From the NCBI GenBank assembly GCA_964016885.1, contig OZ024742.1:42222001-42286000 (forward strand): a DNA stretch of 64,000 bases, given 5' to 3'. Shown here one piece after another: positions 27,915-41,199 of the stretch (positions within the stretch are counted from its first letter, which is position 1; each line of letters starts with the position of its first letter). Position numbers and translations under genes: made by a program. A model generated the notes under the pieces. It had not been told where the DNA came from, did no database searches, and was given only the letters and a program-made list of their open reading frames with translations. The DNA comes from Eledone cirrhosa (taxonomy: Eukaryota).

Positions 27915-28370
27915 AAATTTGGTCGTTTTGGAAGCCTCAACAATGCAGAGGAACGTAATTTTATTGTCCCTATATTTCGCAATTTAATTGTCCCTATATT
28001 TCGGATTTTGCATCCATCAACTGGGGGGTTTTCCAAGGGGGAAAGTTATCTGTTGGAGAGGAACGGTACACAAATGGCAGACAACAGAGGCCACGTACCA
28101 TTCCTCTCCGACAGATAACTTTCCTCCTCGGAACCCCCCCCCCCAATTGATGGATGCGAAATCCGAAATATAGGGACAATTAAATCTCTCCCAAGGTAAC
28201 TCTATCTTGTGTTATTATTTTTATTTTTTACGCTCTTTCCTACGTTCCTCTACACACTATACATCTCATTCTACATTTCCTCTTACATCTCTCTCTCTTC
28301 ACCACCGGATTCTGTTACCCGGAGATTTACCCATCTGCATTGTTGAGGCTTCCAAAACGACCAATTTATA
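27915..28370. repeat. Nested inverted repeats (27982-28185 palindrome; related copy at about 29190-29395)
   Basis: Near-identical ORFs on both strands (27988+, 27994-); 27780-27950 is mirrored at 29190-29395. Confidence 0.8.
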
Positions 28371-28653
28371 TTCATTTCATCATTTCATTTTACGTCCACT
28401 TTTTCCCTGCTTGTAAGGGTGGGACGGGAACTGATTCTGGCTTGATTTCTACAGCTGGATGCCCTTCCTAACACCAACCTCATTTATAGTGAGTGCTGGG
28501 TGCTTTTTTGCCGTGGCACCTCCACGACCGCTTTACAGTCCTTATCATCTCATTTCTACAGCTGAGTAAACTGGAGCAATGTGAAATAGAGTGTCTTGCT
28601 CAAGGAAACAACACATCACCCGGTCTGAGAATTGAACTCACAACCTTTATATA

Positions 28654-29199
<546 letters not shown>

Positions 29200-29430
29200 G
29201 CATACATATATACATAATACATACATACACACATATTTGTGTATAGATATACACAGTCTACACTCATATATGTATATGCACACACATATATGTATACACA
29301 CACACAAATTACTCCCCTCCCCCTCTAATATATATATATATTATCCGGAGATTTACCCATCTGCATTGTTGAGGCTTCCAAAACGACCAAATTTTTTATT
29401 ATTCCACAATGCTTCAAGCAAACTTCAATA

Positions 29431-29472
<42 letters not shown>

Positions 29473-29475
<3 letters not shown>

Positions 29476-29814
29476 TGGAACCTTGGTTCACGAACGCCGC
29501 TCATCATGAACAAATCAGTTCACGAACAATTTTTCCAAACATAAGACGTCTCAGTTGATGAACAGTATCTTGAGTAATAAACACGTAAGCCAGCAACAAC
29601 GGTGGGCAACAAGCTTGGAGTATCGGCAGGAAAGTGTCACATGTTGTGTATCTAGTTGCTATAGTGATATCTATCTGTCTTTCACACACAGTCTCTCTTT
29701 CACTGTATTTCTCTCTCAATATTTCATATGGGGAAAATAGTTTCGGTTTACAAACATTTCGGGTGACGAAAAGCCTTCAGGAACAATTTAAATTTGTGAA
29801 CCAAGGCTCCACTG
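29473..29814. mobile_element. Tigger/pogo-like MITE
   Basis: TIRs CAGTGGAACCTTGGTTCAC / GTGAACCAAGGCTCCACTG with TA flanks. Confidence 0.85.
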
Positions 29815-30695
29815 TATATGTAAAATCTGCATAAATTATGTCAGATTACTTCTGAGTATTACTGGTAAGCCAGTACATTGGAACTTTACTCGCCACTTCC
29901 TTTGCGTGCTGGTCACTGTCAAGACCTCTGATGTCCTTGGTCCCTGGACTGCTAGTTTCCCCACTCACCCAAAATTGAGAGGGATGCATACCACCTGAGG
30001 AAAGAGCCCCGTAGGGTGGAGTGGCTGATGCAGCAGCTCTCACTGTGCCAATGCTTTTGCCATCTTGTGGGTACAGCTGATATATACAGTGTCTACCCTA
30101 TGTAGTGTCTACCATATCCTTACCGCTTATTTAGTTTTTTTCTCTTCCCGTTTATTATGCAAAATATTCATGTAAATGAAATTTTCTTAAAGTAAACCTT
30201 TTTGTATGTTCAAGTTGTCAACGATTGAACTGGTAACCTCACCAAGCTTGCTTTATTAGGAGGGAGAGTTTTTAGACATCTGGTGGCATAAAACATAAAA
30301 TCTGCCAAGGATCAGACAAATACTGGGAAGTCAATGACCATTCAATAGTATGTACAAAAGCACGTGCATATACTTAGTTATTTACACCATCATTATCAAT
30401 ATAATTCAACGTCCGTTTTTCCAGGATGGCACATGGGAGACATATACTTGAAACCTGGCCAGAGCTTATTACTAGTGTAATGACCTTCAACATTTAGAGA
30501 GCAGAACTCGTGATATACAGAGAGAGGGGCGGAGTGTGTGTGTGTCTGCGGTACTGAGACCGAGAGGACCACTAATCATGACAGTACTTGATGCATGGGG
30601 AGATGTAGAGTAGTTATAGAGATGTAAAATCCCGACAGCGGCGCCAAGCGGTTTTGGATTGGCGTCGTCGTCTGGATTTTACATCTCTCTCTCTC

Positions 30696-30728
<33 letters not shown>

Positions 30729-31084
30729 ATACTTTGGGAGGGTCATGTTGCCAATAAGAAACACACGCACCAGTTGCTTTCACTTCAATTTATTATATAT
30801 TTATAAATTAATAAATTTACAAATTTACAAATCTACAAACTTATAAATTTCTGGTTGGTTGGTTGGTTCCACAACCAGATAGTTGTTTATATATATAGTC
30901 ATATATATAGTCATTCTTATTGGCAACATGACCCTCCCAAAGTATAACAATATCGGTTTCAACACACGATTTCAGATAAAGAATCTTGCTAAACAAATTC
31001 AGAAACGATATATATATATATATATATAAACAGAAAAAATGAAATGAAATGAAATTTCTCACTCTTAGTACGGCTGTTACTTAA

Positions 31085-31530
31085 ATATAAGTATGTATAC
31101 GTACATACATATATGTATACAGACGTACAGTAGTATGTATATATATATATATACATACATGCACACATATATATATATGTACGTATGGATTCACCGAACA
31201 TTTATTATAATGCTCGGTGTGTTTGTAAACAAACATCCCGAATTAAGCCGTACAGTGGCTAGCAACCATCGTTGCTCATTTGTTCAACACTGACAAAGGA
31301 ACGCTGTACTAGTTTCAAGCTTATTAGCTATCGTCAGCAACGTATACCTTCCTGCTAGACACTGTACGGCTTAATTCGGGATGTTTGTTTACAAACACAC
31401 CGAGCATTATAATAAATGTTCGGTGAATCCATACGTACATATATGTATGTGTGCATGTATGTATATATATATACATACTACTGTACGTCTGTATACATAT
31501 ATGTATGTACGTATACAAACTTATATATAT
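31085..31530. repeat. Inverted repeat (about 170-bp arms)
   Basis: 31090-31255 and 31361-31520 are reverse complements. Confidence 0.85.
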
Positions 31531-31737
31531 ATATATATATATATAACGAAGGAGGTGTGGTAAGGAACCAGATGGACCATAACGCACCAGAGTACTCAAT
31601 ACTTAGGGTAGTAGAGTGGGTAATAGGAACATTTTGACCCCGACGGCAGAGCTCAAGCCGTTTCGACGGCTATTTCTGGACTGAAATCCAGAAATAGCCG
31701 TCGAAACGTCTTGAGGTCTGCCGTCGGAGTCAAACAT

Positions 31738-31768
<31 letters not shown>

Positions 31769-31980
31769 GTATGTGTGTGTGTGTGTGTTTCACAGATTGT
31801 AATCCCAGTTCAACCATCACTAGAATATTGTTGACTCAGGTTTGTCTTTCATCGTTTGGGTATCAATAAAACCAACATTAATAATATACACGGGTAATTC
31901 TTTCTATAAACAAAAAAGGGTACTTCTTCCTGTAAAAAAAAAAAGAACTTGCACCATGTGAAATGAAATTAATATCTTAC

Positions 31981-32097
31981 TTTAAAATCAATATTTGGGA
32001 AATACATCCCTGTGTGATATTTTGTCGCGACTCCAGTACTTGTTAGATGTAAGTCATTTCTGCGTACTGATCCTGACTCTTGAAACATTGTATCCAT
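31981..32097 (-). CDS. Gene A (uncharacterised 326-aa protein), coding exon 1
   Basis: ATG at 32097; open frame MDTMFQESGSVRRNDLHLTSTGVATKYHTGMYFPNIDFK; GTAAGA donor in phase 0, matching the phase-0 acceptor at 23339. Confidence 0.7.
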
Positions 32098-32558
32098 GAT
32101 GTAAAGTAAAATGCTTTATTTATTGCCGAAACATAAAAACAATGAATTTTAAAAAAAAAACAACCTAACCTGTTAGTGAAAATGACGGGTCTGTTTATAC
32201 AAGGGAGATTACTCTTATTGCTTAGTTACCACATAGAAACAAGTATATTTTCCAGTGCAAGTTATTTCTCGTTACAAAATAAATAAATAATGAATTAAAG
32301 TGTTTCCCTTATACAAGAAGTTATGGTGTTTTTGTTTTTCTCACTAACTATAGATCTTTTTATAAAAGGAAAATATCTCGCTCGATCCAGAGGATTCATT
32401 TCGCATGCTTCGCTAACACACACACTTGAACTCTAACCCTAACGAACTCGAATCCTAAGTCTATCAAACCCTAACATTAACTCTAATGTCAATATATGCA
32501 ATGAATCCGATGAATCGAAAGAGATACATTTTCTTCAAAGGAAATCAATTGTTAAGTC

Positions 32559-32808
32559 TGTGGTTAGAAAAAACTATCTCACCGCTTTTCATAGGCGCCG
32601 CTAAACTCCACTGCAGGTTACTCCTCTTCCACGTGCGTCCAACTGCTTAACACCGGGAGCTGCCAAAACTCGCGTTCACACCGTTTGCTGGTCACCACTA
32701 GAGAGAGGCCCTCTGCTGACCCTTCCGGTCGAGCATCCTTCCGGCCAAGCACCCTTCCGGTCGAGCACTCCCCCGCTTCCGGCCACCGCACGCCACACCA
32801 TACCCACA
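32559..32808 (-). repeat. 3' LTR
   Basis: Differs from 36237-36490 by about 5 substitutions and one 4-bp indel (by eye). Confidence 0.95.
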
Positions 32809-35416
32809 CGCCCCCTGATCTCAAGGATCAATTTCCCCCTCGTCCCTCTGCATATGAAAGTCTGCTGTCCAGGTTGGTGGTCTACGACTTCGTTGCGATC
32901 TCCGTAGTATTGGGGCAGAGCTCTGGGTTTCCACCTCATCTTGGGTTTCCTCTTCCTCGGAGTCCGTCGACACAGTGATTCTTCTTACATCCAGGACATG
33001 ACGTGGTACCCCATCCACGGACATATTGTTCTTTGAATTTACGGCCGTCACCGTTCCCCTTCCCCATTGAGATGTGCAACGTGCATCTGGGGGCTTAACC
33101 CAGACTTCTTCGCCCACCTGCACGAATGCACTCTCTCTCCCCACTGGCCGTTGTGGTGGCGTGCACGGGTGCCGCTACTCGTATTTGAATACTGCTCTGT
33201 GTGGCACCGATTCCTCGACCTGTCCAACCCGAGGGGACATATTGTACCAGAACACTGCCTCCATTGGTGAGATATGGCCCCGCTCCGCCATTGCATTGAT
33301 CGTCCGGTGGTGTCGCTCCACAATTCCATTCCCGCTCGGCCTGTGCGCCGCTCTGAAGAAACGGTCCACCTTCCATCCATCGAGCATCTCTCTCAGTGCC
33401 TCCTCGTCCACAGGGCGCCGCTCCAAGAACACCTCTCTCAACGTCCGCACGATTTCCTCGGCCGTTCCAGTCCTCATCGCCCTCCATATCGCCATTCGAC
33501 CTGGTCCACAGTCGACCATCGAGAGGTACGTTCCCTGCCGGTAGTGCGTCACATCCACCGCTAATCACTTCCAGTCGCGATCCACCGGGAGGCTTCCCGT
33601 TTCGTGTACACCCGGGGCGGGATCAATGGACTGACATCGGACGCAGCCTCTAACCCCCCCCCCCCCGAACAGTGTGTCTGCTAACGTCCAAGTCGATTCT
33701 CCTGGCTAGGAACAGGCTCCTATCCACCCCCATGTGGTGCATGTCATGCAACCCCTTCAGATCCGACTTGGTCAGCCGACACACGGCAGCTATCTTATCC
33801 TCTACCTCCTCCGGCGCTTCCATCCAGGCTTTCTTCACTCTAGTTAAGATGTCCGCCCTATTTTTCTCTGAGGGCACGAAAACTACGCTCAGCCTCAGGT
33901 CGAACTCGGTGGCCAGCTCTCCTAAAGTTCCCAGGCGGCGCTTTATCAGCATCTCCGCCGCGCCTCTCATTCGCACTCTCTTCTCACTGGTGAGCACTGA
34001 TCTTACCCATCCGAGTACAGTAGCCGAGTCGGTGCGTATCTCGATGGTGCGCAGCCCCCACCGCAGAGCAAGGTTCACTCCTCTCAACACCGCGTCCAGC
34101 TCGGCCACATTGATGTGGTTGCAGTCGTCCTTCTTTCTAAGCCAGGCTGCATCCTCGACCTCAGCACCTCCTATCTCCAACGTGACACCCAGCGCTATGC
34201 TGCTGGCATCGCACCATACGGTCCCGCTCTGTGATTTGAGAACATACCAGCGTCCCCGCACTGGGTCGTCGGCCTTCACCCTCCCCACGATCTCCTGCAT
34301 CATGGCCACCGTCCTCTCTCCCACTCTGTCACTCCAAGTCACTCCTCCCGCTTGTCTGTTGACATAGCTGCATGCCGTCCGGAGCCACCCAGCGATCGGG
34401 TAGTGACCCACCAGCTTTCCACACACCGAGAAAAGCTCCCGCCTACTCATACTTGGGCCCAGTTCCGGAACTTCGTTTCCCCTCTTTATCTTGTCGGCCT
34501 TCTCCAGAGCGGTCTTGAGGACCGCCGCCATGATCTTCGGTGCGGAGCTCAGCCCGAAACCGAGCCTGGTCAGGCAATATGTCCGGCCCTTATACCTGAC
34601 CAGCTGATACCGCCAGAGCTTCTCATCTATATGCAACTGCAAGTAAGCCGACTTTAGATCTACGATCGCTGAACCCCCCGTCATGCGTCTCCACTCACGC
34701 AGGGTTTCCCCCACAGACATCCGTGACCTCGCCACCCGTGTGGCATGACACGTGCTCGTTCAGCTCCCGATAGTCCAGCACCGGCCTCACCTTGCTCTTC
34801 GTGGGTTGCACCACCGCCATTAACGGCAATACTCCGCACTTCACCTCCTCCTTCCAGGGAAGCAGTATGCCCTCTTCGATCCATCTCTCTACTTCTCGCT
34901 TCTAACGTTTCCCTTCAATGTATGTTGATAGCAGCCCACTTTGGTCTTCAGTGTTGGTGGTTCTCCCTTCCAGTGCCACTCAACAACCCATCGCTGCCCA
35001 TCAAACATGGCCTTGAAGTCTTTGTCCTGCACAGTGTAAGCGGGGTATTCCTCCTCGTGGGCCTTCTGGTTCTCATGACGTGCATTCACAGCGCATACCG
35101 ATGCAGCGGCGCCAAACGACACACCGACGTTGTTCACCGTGACGCCCAATCGCGTCCATGCCCATAACCACGTCGATCCCATCCACCACACTGTCTACTA
35201 CGATGGCGGAAAGCCTAATCCTCCTTCCCTGTACCGCTATTTCCATCTCGCTGCGACCTCGGCATTCAATTTTCCTGCCGTCGACTGCCCTTACACTGCT
35301 CTTCCCTCCCCACCTCTGCGCCACCCCCGCGGTCACCAGTGTCGTCGTACAGCCCGTGTCCACGAGGGCTCGCTGTGGCTTCCCCCTCACGAAGACTTCC
35401 ACCACGGGCAGCGCCG

Positions 35417-36226
35417 CTACTCGTAAGGGACAACTACCGGCGCAGTAGTTCCCCTTGGATCGTTTCCCTGGTCGCAGTTAGTAGCGATGTGGCCTGGTCG
35501 CTTACACCGGTAGCAAATTATCTCCGGCCTCGACTCTCTACAGTCTCTAGCCATGTGCGGGCCCTGGCACCGAAAACAGCGACCTCTAAACGTTCGCGGG
35601 CGACCGCGTGCCGAGGTTGCCTCCCTTTCACCATTTCGCTGCCAGGTGTCCTGAGCCTCCGTAGTTGCTATCGCCGCAACACTCTTTTTGGCATCTTCTG
35701 CTATGATCCGGGCTTGTTCCACCAGTGAACGCATTTCCATCTCTTTATAACCCGGGACTTGCTGCAGTTTTACCGCTATGTCGGCTGGAAATCCATTGAT
35801 GAACGCCAACCGCACCGTGCGTTCGCATTCCACCTGATAACCAGCCAACATGGCCAACCGTATTTCCGCTGCGAAAATGTCGACGCGCTCACCATTCCAC
35901 CTGATTCTCGCCAGCTTAGCAAAAGCCGCCAACGGTCCCTCGGCGAATGCATCCATCAGACGCCTCTCAATCTTCTGCGCATCTCTTTGGCTGTGCTCGT
36001 CCAACTCAAGGAAGAGTACCAACGCGTCCCCCTCGAGGTACAGTGCCATGAGGCCAGCCACATCCTCTATCTTCTGCAAGCTTGCGACCAGCCGAACTTT
36101 CCGCAGCCAAGCGATTACATCACCTTCCCCGGTAAATGCCCTGATAGCTTCGTTCGTCCGTAGTCTTGTCGCCATCTTCTGATTTGTCTTGCGGCAAGTG
36201 TTTTTTTTTTTTTTTTTTCCAGTCAC
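35417..36226 (-). pseudogene. gag of the LTR element
   Basis: CFRCQGPHMARDC and CYRCKRPGHIATNC zinc knuckles; likely start MATRLR. Confidence 0.85.
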
Positions 36227-36236
36227 CGAAATAGCT

Positions 36237-36490
36237 TGTGGTTAGAAAAAGCTATCTCACTTACCGCTTTTCATAGGCGCCGCTAAACTCCACTGCAGGT
36301 TACTCCTCTTCCACGTGCGTCCAACTGCTTAACACCGGGAGCTGCCAAAACTCGCGTCCACACCGTTTGCTGGTCACCACTAGAGAGAGGCCCTCTGCTG
36401 GCCCTTCCGGTCGAGCATCCTTCCGGCCAAGCACCCTTCCGGTCGAGCACTCCCCCGATTCCGGCCACCGCACGCCACATCATACCCACA
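36237..36490 (-). repeat. 5' LTR
   Basis: TG...CA direct repeat flanked by the AAGTC TSD. Confidence 0.95.
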
Positions 36491-36759
36491 AAGTCCACCA
36501 CGACACACGGCACCAAATGTGTAAATTAAACACGAGTTCACCTGGGGAATTAAACCGGACTATGAACTCCACTTACATTAAGAATAACAGCAATAATTAT
36601 TTCTCATACTATACAGTCACACGTTCGAAGACGTACAGCTAGTTCTAGTTGATATAACATTGCATATTAAAAGCAAACCGCAACTAAGTACTGTTACTCT
36701 GCCATCTTAATAACAACAACGACGACAATAATTATTTCTTTGTTTAACAGGTCTCATAT

Positions 36760-37010
36760 AGATATATTCTTTTAATGTTACAATATTAAAGAAAATGTAA
36801 AGGAAGGGGTGAACAACCGAGCCAAAGACAGCAGCGAAGGGCACCTCTCTAATGATTTTTGAGACAAGCCAGCACACTCGCAGCGTTGCTTCGGGTGCTG
36901 GAACAGCAAAGCGACCTCGCGAGATTCGCCAGTTACCTCTATTAGGCGAGCCGCCAGTGAAGAGAGGAACCACGCAGTCAGCGAACCGATTCCCCCAGAA
37001 GCAGGGTTTT
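36760..37010 (-). mobile_element. CRE-clade 3'-end fragment
   Basis: Near-identical blocks to 37770-38030. Confidence 0.75.
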
Positions 37011-37110
37011 CTTAACGTATGAGCACGCTAGACAGTTGCTCGAGGCTAGCGAGTGTAAGGGCACCATGCTTATCTATGTATGTTGGCAATAAATAAAGTA
37101 TATAAATATT

Positions 37111-37585
37111 GGCATACGTTAAGACGGGCGTTCGGGAAAGTAAAAGTAAATTTTTTGACAACAGTGAATTTTTTTTTTTTTTACAATGAAAGTTACGATA
37201 CACACGCAATTGTATGGATTTCTTAATATATATATGTGTGGGTGTGTATATGTGTCTATATGTATATATATATGTGTGTTTGTATATATATATGTGTTTG
37301 TGTCATCATCATCGTTTAACGTCTATCTAAAGAAAAAATAATCACACACGCAATACTAATTAACACCATATAACTATAGAGACCTGTTGTAAATAAACAA
37401 ACAAATTCACAGTGTACACACATATATACACACATATACACATCCACACATATATATATATTAAGAAATCCATACAATTGCGTGTGTATCGTAACTTTCA
37501 TTGTAAAAAAAACAAAAAAAAAACAAATTCATTGTTGTCAAAAAATTTACTTTCACTTTCCGGAACGCCCGTCTTAACGTATGCC
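37111..37585. mobile_element. MITE with long TIRs and 9-bp TSD (Merlin-like)
   Basis: TIRs GGCATACGTTAAGACGGGCG...; TSD ATAAATATT at 37102-37110 and 37586-37594. Confidence 0.85.
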
Positions 37586-37764
37586 ATAAATATTTATTTC
37601 ATAAATACATTACAAATCGTTTGCAATTCTTTCAGAATGAAAATATAAACAGAGCATATAAATAAATTTACAGTTGAATACCATAACAAATATGTTTTAA
37701 ATATATACATAAATAACATTACAAATGCTTAGACAATATTATAAATAGCTCGCGATTCTTTCAG

Positions 37765-38655
37765 AAAGATATATTTTCCTTTAATGTTACAATATTAAAG
37801 AAAATGTAAAGGAAGGGGTGAACAACGGAGCCAATACCAGAGCAAAAGACAGCAACGTCGCGAGTACTGGGCAAGCTCTCTAATGATTTTTGAGGCAAGC
37901 CAGCACACTCGCAGCGTTGCCTTGGGTGATGGCGAGGCTGATGCGCTGAAACAGTCAAGCGCCCTCGCGAGATTCGCCAGTTACCTCTATTAGGCGAGCC
38001 GCCAGTGAAGAGAGGAACCTCGCAGTCAACAGCTCGACTCCCCCAAACGTCTCGAAAACCACAGGCTGAAAAATGTAGCTGGCCGACAGATCAGAGTATT
38101 TGAGGGTCTTACTCCGCTCGGTTGCAGAAGCTGTGGCTCTCGTCCTAACCGCAGCATCCAGGATGTGGGAAAGAGCAAAAGAGTCACTAACAGTGACAAG
38201 GCACCTGCCTCTCGACCATGGGCACAGGGTAAAACCGTCAGGTCTTTTGCCGTCACTTCTGGACAACCCAGATGGTTCCAAGGCTGAGGGGATATTCGCC
38301 CGGGCCAAAGCTCTCTTCAAAATGAGGTTTACCTCCGTGTGACGCGCGAAGCGGCCGGCATTCAGGCGGCAAGAAAAACCATGGATGCCTGTGGAGTCGA
38401 GGAGTTTGCCGCATCGGCACCTCAAACCCATGCAGATGTCAGCTCCCGCTTTGAGGGCGATGGAGACACGAAGTTCGTTCAGGCTGAGTAGGCCACCAAC
38501 GCTGGCCACGGGTAGGGCATCAACCCAGTCTCCTGAGTATTTGACGCTGGCAGATAGTAAGCGGCACCTTGAAAACTTATCTGACTGGACGAAGAGGGAG
38601 TCGAAGGTGGCCTTCGAACTTATGCTGTCCCAAGTTCTCTGACTTCGACAGCAAT
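37765..38655 (-). mobile_element. CRE-clade non-LTR retrotransposon 3' fragment (restriction-like endonuclease)
   Basis: ORF 37955-38509: C-x-C...H..C knuckle, RH motif, LEP.GL.R.DGKRPDG, FQPVVFETFG. Confidence 0.85.
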
Positions 38656-39204
38656 CTTATATATCGTCTTCCAGACTAAATAGGGGGTATTGTAGTGACC
38701 TACATTCTGATGGCTCTTGAATACATTCTCCGTACGTTGTTTGGCTCAGTTCAGCCAATCGCTATCAGCGTAGGAGAATGTATTTCAACTTCCACCGAAA
38801 GGGAAAAATTTCCGCTTCGCTTCTAAAATTTCTCTCTTGCAGCTCGACACCGCCAAGGTAAACATCTCTTGATTTTGCTCAACGAATTTTCCAAAATGTA
38901 GCTATCAAACAATTAAGGCTGCCGTGGCTTCTAACTTTAGCCATAGGTCTGCGTATTCTTTTACAGCATCTTAATTTGTTTTATTTCATTTCTTATGACA
39001 CGTCCTCACTGCTAACTCAACTTCTCATCTTTGTAAATAAATTATATATAAAAAAAACGTCGTAATGCCTTATGATCATATTTGCCACAACATTTCCTTG
39101 GACTGCTTCGGTTACTCTCTGTAATACAATACACAAACAAATATTAACATTCATAACAATACATACAGTATATCATCTATTAACTTATTCTAAAGGATAA
39201 TCCA

Positions 39205-39480
39205 GTTGGCTCCAGAACTTAATGATCAGGTTTAGCTCGATGTGACGGGAGAAGCGACCAGCATTCAGGTGGCAGGATAAACCATGGAGGCCTGTGGAGT
39301 CGAAGGACCTGTCACAAAAGCATCACAGACCCCCAACAAATATTCTTCCCCTCTGAGTGCAACGGAGATGCGGAGCTCGTCCAAACTGAGAAGACCACCC
39401 ATGTTCACATTAGGCAAGGCATCAACCCAGTCCCCATTTGGGCAAGGCAGCTTGGACGCGAGACTGGCATTAACCAAGCA
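39205..39480 (-). mobile_element. CRE-clade internal fragment
   Basis: GDWVDALPNVNMGGLLSLDELRISVALR in ORF 39265-39579. Confidence 0.72.
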
Positions 39481-40709
39481 TTCGACATCATTGAAGATTA
39501 AGTCGTCAAAGTGTTGGAGAGACGACGATAATCTATAAAAGGGACTGACTCTATGGAAATACAACTTAGGAATCGACAAGTAATTCCTAAATATAAAAAC
39601 ACCTTAGTGGGGCTCAAAAGCCTCGAAGTTTTTTAAAAAGTTTCTCGGGGTTAGCCAACTCGGATTGAAAGACGGACTCGAAAGCTCGGTTAGTAATTGG
39701 GTCTTCAAGAGAGCATCCCGCCAATGAGGGAGGTCCCGCGATAGAGGCGAAGGAATCTGTAAATAGGTATATAGTCAGCTGATGTGAAGCTTTAACGGGG
39801 GTTAAAATGAATGTTAGTTTGGCTAGTTGTTGCCTGGTTGATTCGTTCATTTATGGTGGTAGGAGTTATGAAGTGTGAAGTTGATGGGCGAGTAACTTGT
39901 TGGTCGAATAATGACAAGTGAATAAGTGAAATTGGTCTCAGTGAGTTGAGAGAAACTTTGCCATTTTCGAGGAAACAAGAAGTTGTAATCGCTTGTAGCG
40001 GTGTGAAACGTTTTAATAATAGTGATCAGAATACTTAATTCATGGCATCAACCATATATCTTAGTCATATCAAGCGGGTTTCCCTCAGTTATAGAAACAC
40101 CTTGTATCCGCAAACCAACCATCCGACAATCACTATTTTTTGTTCTTTTTACTTCGTTTATTTTTTGTCTTCATTAAATCGTGTATTGTTTAGTTATCCG
40201 GAGTTAATACCGGTCTTCACGAATTCACTTATCTTTTTGCCAAGCATACTGAAGAATGTGAAACCTTATTTGAATGTTATTTTATTTCTTGAACGTCAGA
40301 TTTTAAGACTGATAGTTTAATCATAACATCTCTCTCCGATGATTCACCACTTACAAATGTGTAGAAAATCTATAATCTGTGTTCCTCTAATACGAACACA
40401 CTTTTTCCTTATAAACCAACCAGATTAAGGGTAGATAAAGGTATATGTAAATATACTTAGCACCATGAACATTAATTTACTGGGTCATAAATAGTTTATG
40501 AGCACTATTGCACCAGTCAAAAATACGAAACCAGCCGCTTGCAGAAATAGAGTGATGGGATTTCTCTTCGTTTTAGCTATTTTAAATGGCAGACAATAAA
40601 ACGACTTCATATTTTCGTGTTATTATGCACGGTTTTGACATATTTGTCCTGAGCGAATTGCGAGCAATTTTTGGTGTTATTTACGCATTTGTTATGTTAT
40701 TTATGTATA

Positions 40710-41131
40710 CTAGCTGGACCCGTGAAAATATTTACGGATAATTCCCTCTCTTTAAATATATTAAAACCCCCTCTCTCTATATATAAACCCACCCCTTTCT
40801 CTATATATTAAAACCACCCTCTCTATCTATATATATATCCTTTCTCTATATTATAACCCCCCTTCTCTCTATATATTATAACCCATCCCTTTCTTTATAT
40901 TATAAACCCCTCTCTCTATATATAACCCATCCCTTTCTCTTTAACCCCTCTTTCATTTCCAAACGCTCTTTGATTTTCATTCGCCGTAGATTTTCGTAGA
41001 TTGTTTACCACCCCACTTCCATTGTCTTAGCACGTCTCACGGACGTCATTCGACTTTTATTTATATTACTGAAAGCGTGACACACACGGTCGGACGTACC
41101 GTACGTAGGTATTAGCGTATTAATATATAGA
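40710..41131 (-). mobile_element. Non-autonomous Helitron
   Basis: 5'-TC...CCGTAAATATTTTCACGG hairpin...CTAG-3', inserted between A and T; internal C/T-rich minisatellite. Confidence 0.82.
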
Positions 41132-41199
41132 TATTTAAAACATATTTGTAACGTTATTCTTCTGTAAATTTATACAACTATAATAAAAAGATTTATGGC

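Larger units (their letters stand above)
32559..36490 (-). mobile_element. Complete but decayed LTR retrotransposon (gag-PR-RT-RNaseH-IN order, Ty3/Gypsy-like)
   Basis: TG...CA LTRs at 32559-32808 and 36237-36490; AAGTC TSD at 32554-32558 and 36491-36495; purine-rich PPT (AGGGGGCG) before the 3' LTR. Gag with two CCHC knuckles (35417-36226), protease VDTG (35073-35405), RT (DLKSAYLQL, LGFGLSSAP), RNase H (CDAS, HINVAEL, TDS), integrase (HHMG, DVTHY, NGIVER). Confidence 0.95.

Noticed and set aside
29846-30280. Possible extra gene A exons (29969-30076 with GTGAGT donor; 30243-30279)
   Set aside because: Exon 1 already joins exon 2 in phase. The 37-nt candidate has an incompatible entry phase, and the other has a weak acceptor and repeat-like context. 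RNA-seq is needed.
32430-32490. Telomere-like CTAACC repeats
   Set aside because: Too few and too degenerate to call an interstitial telomere.
33067-36182. Many plus-strand ORFs over the LTR element (also over the RTE copies)
   Set aside because: Antisense shadows of GC-rich coding sequence.
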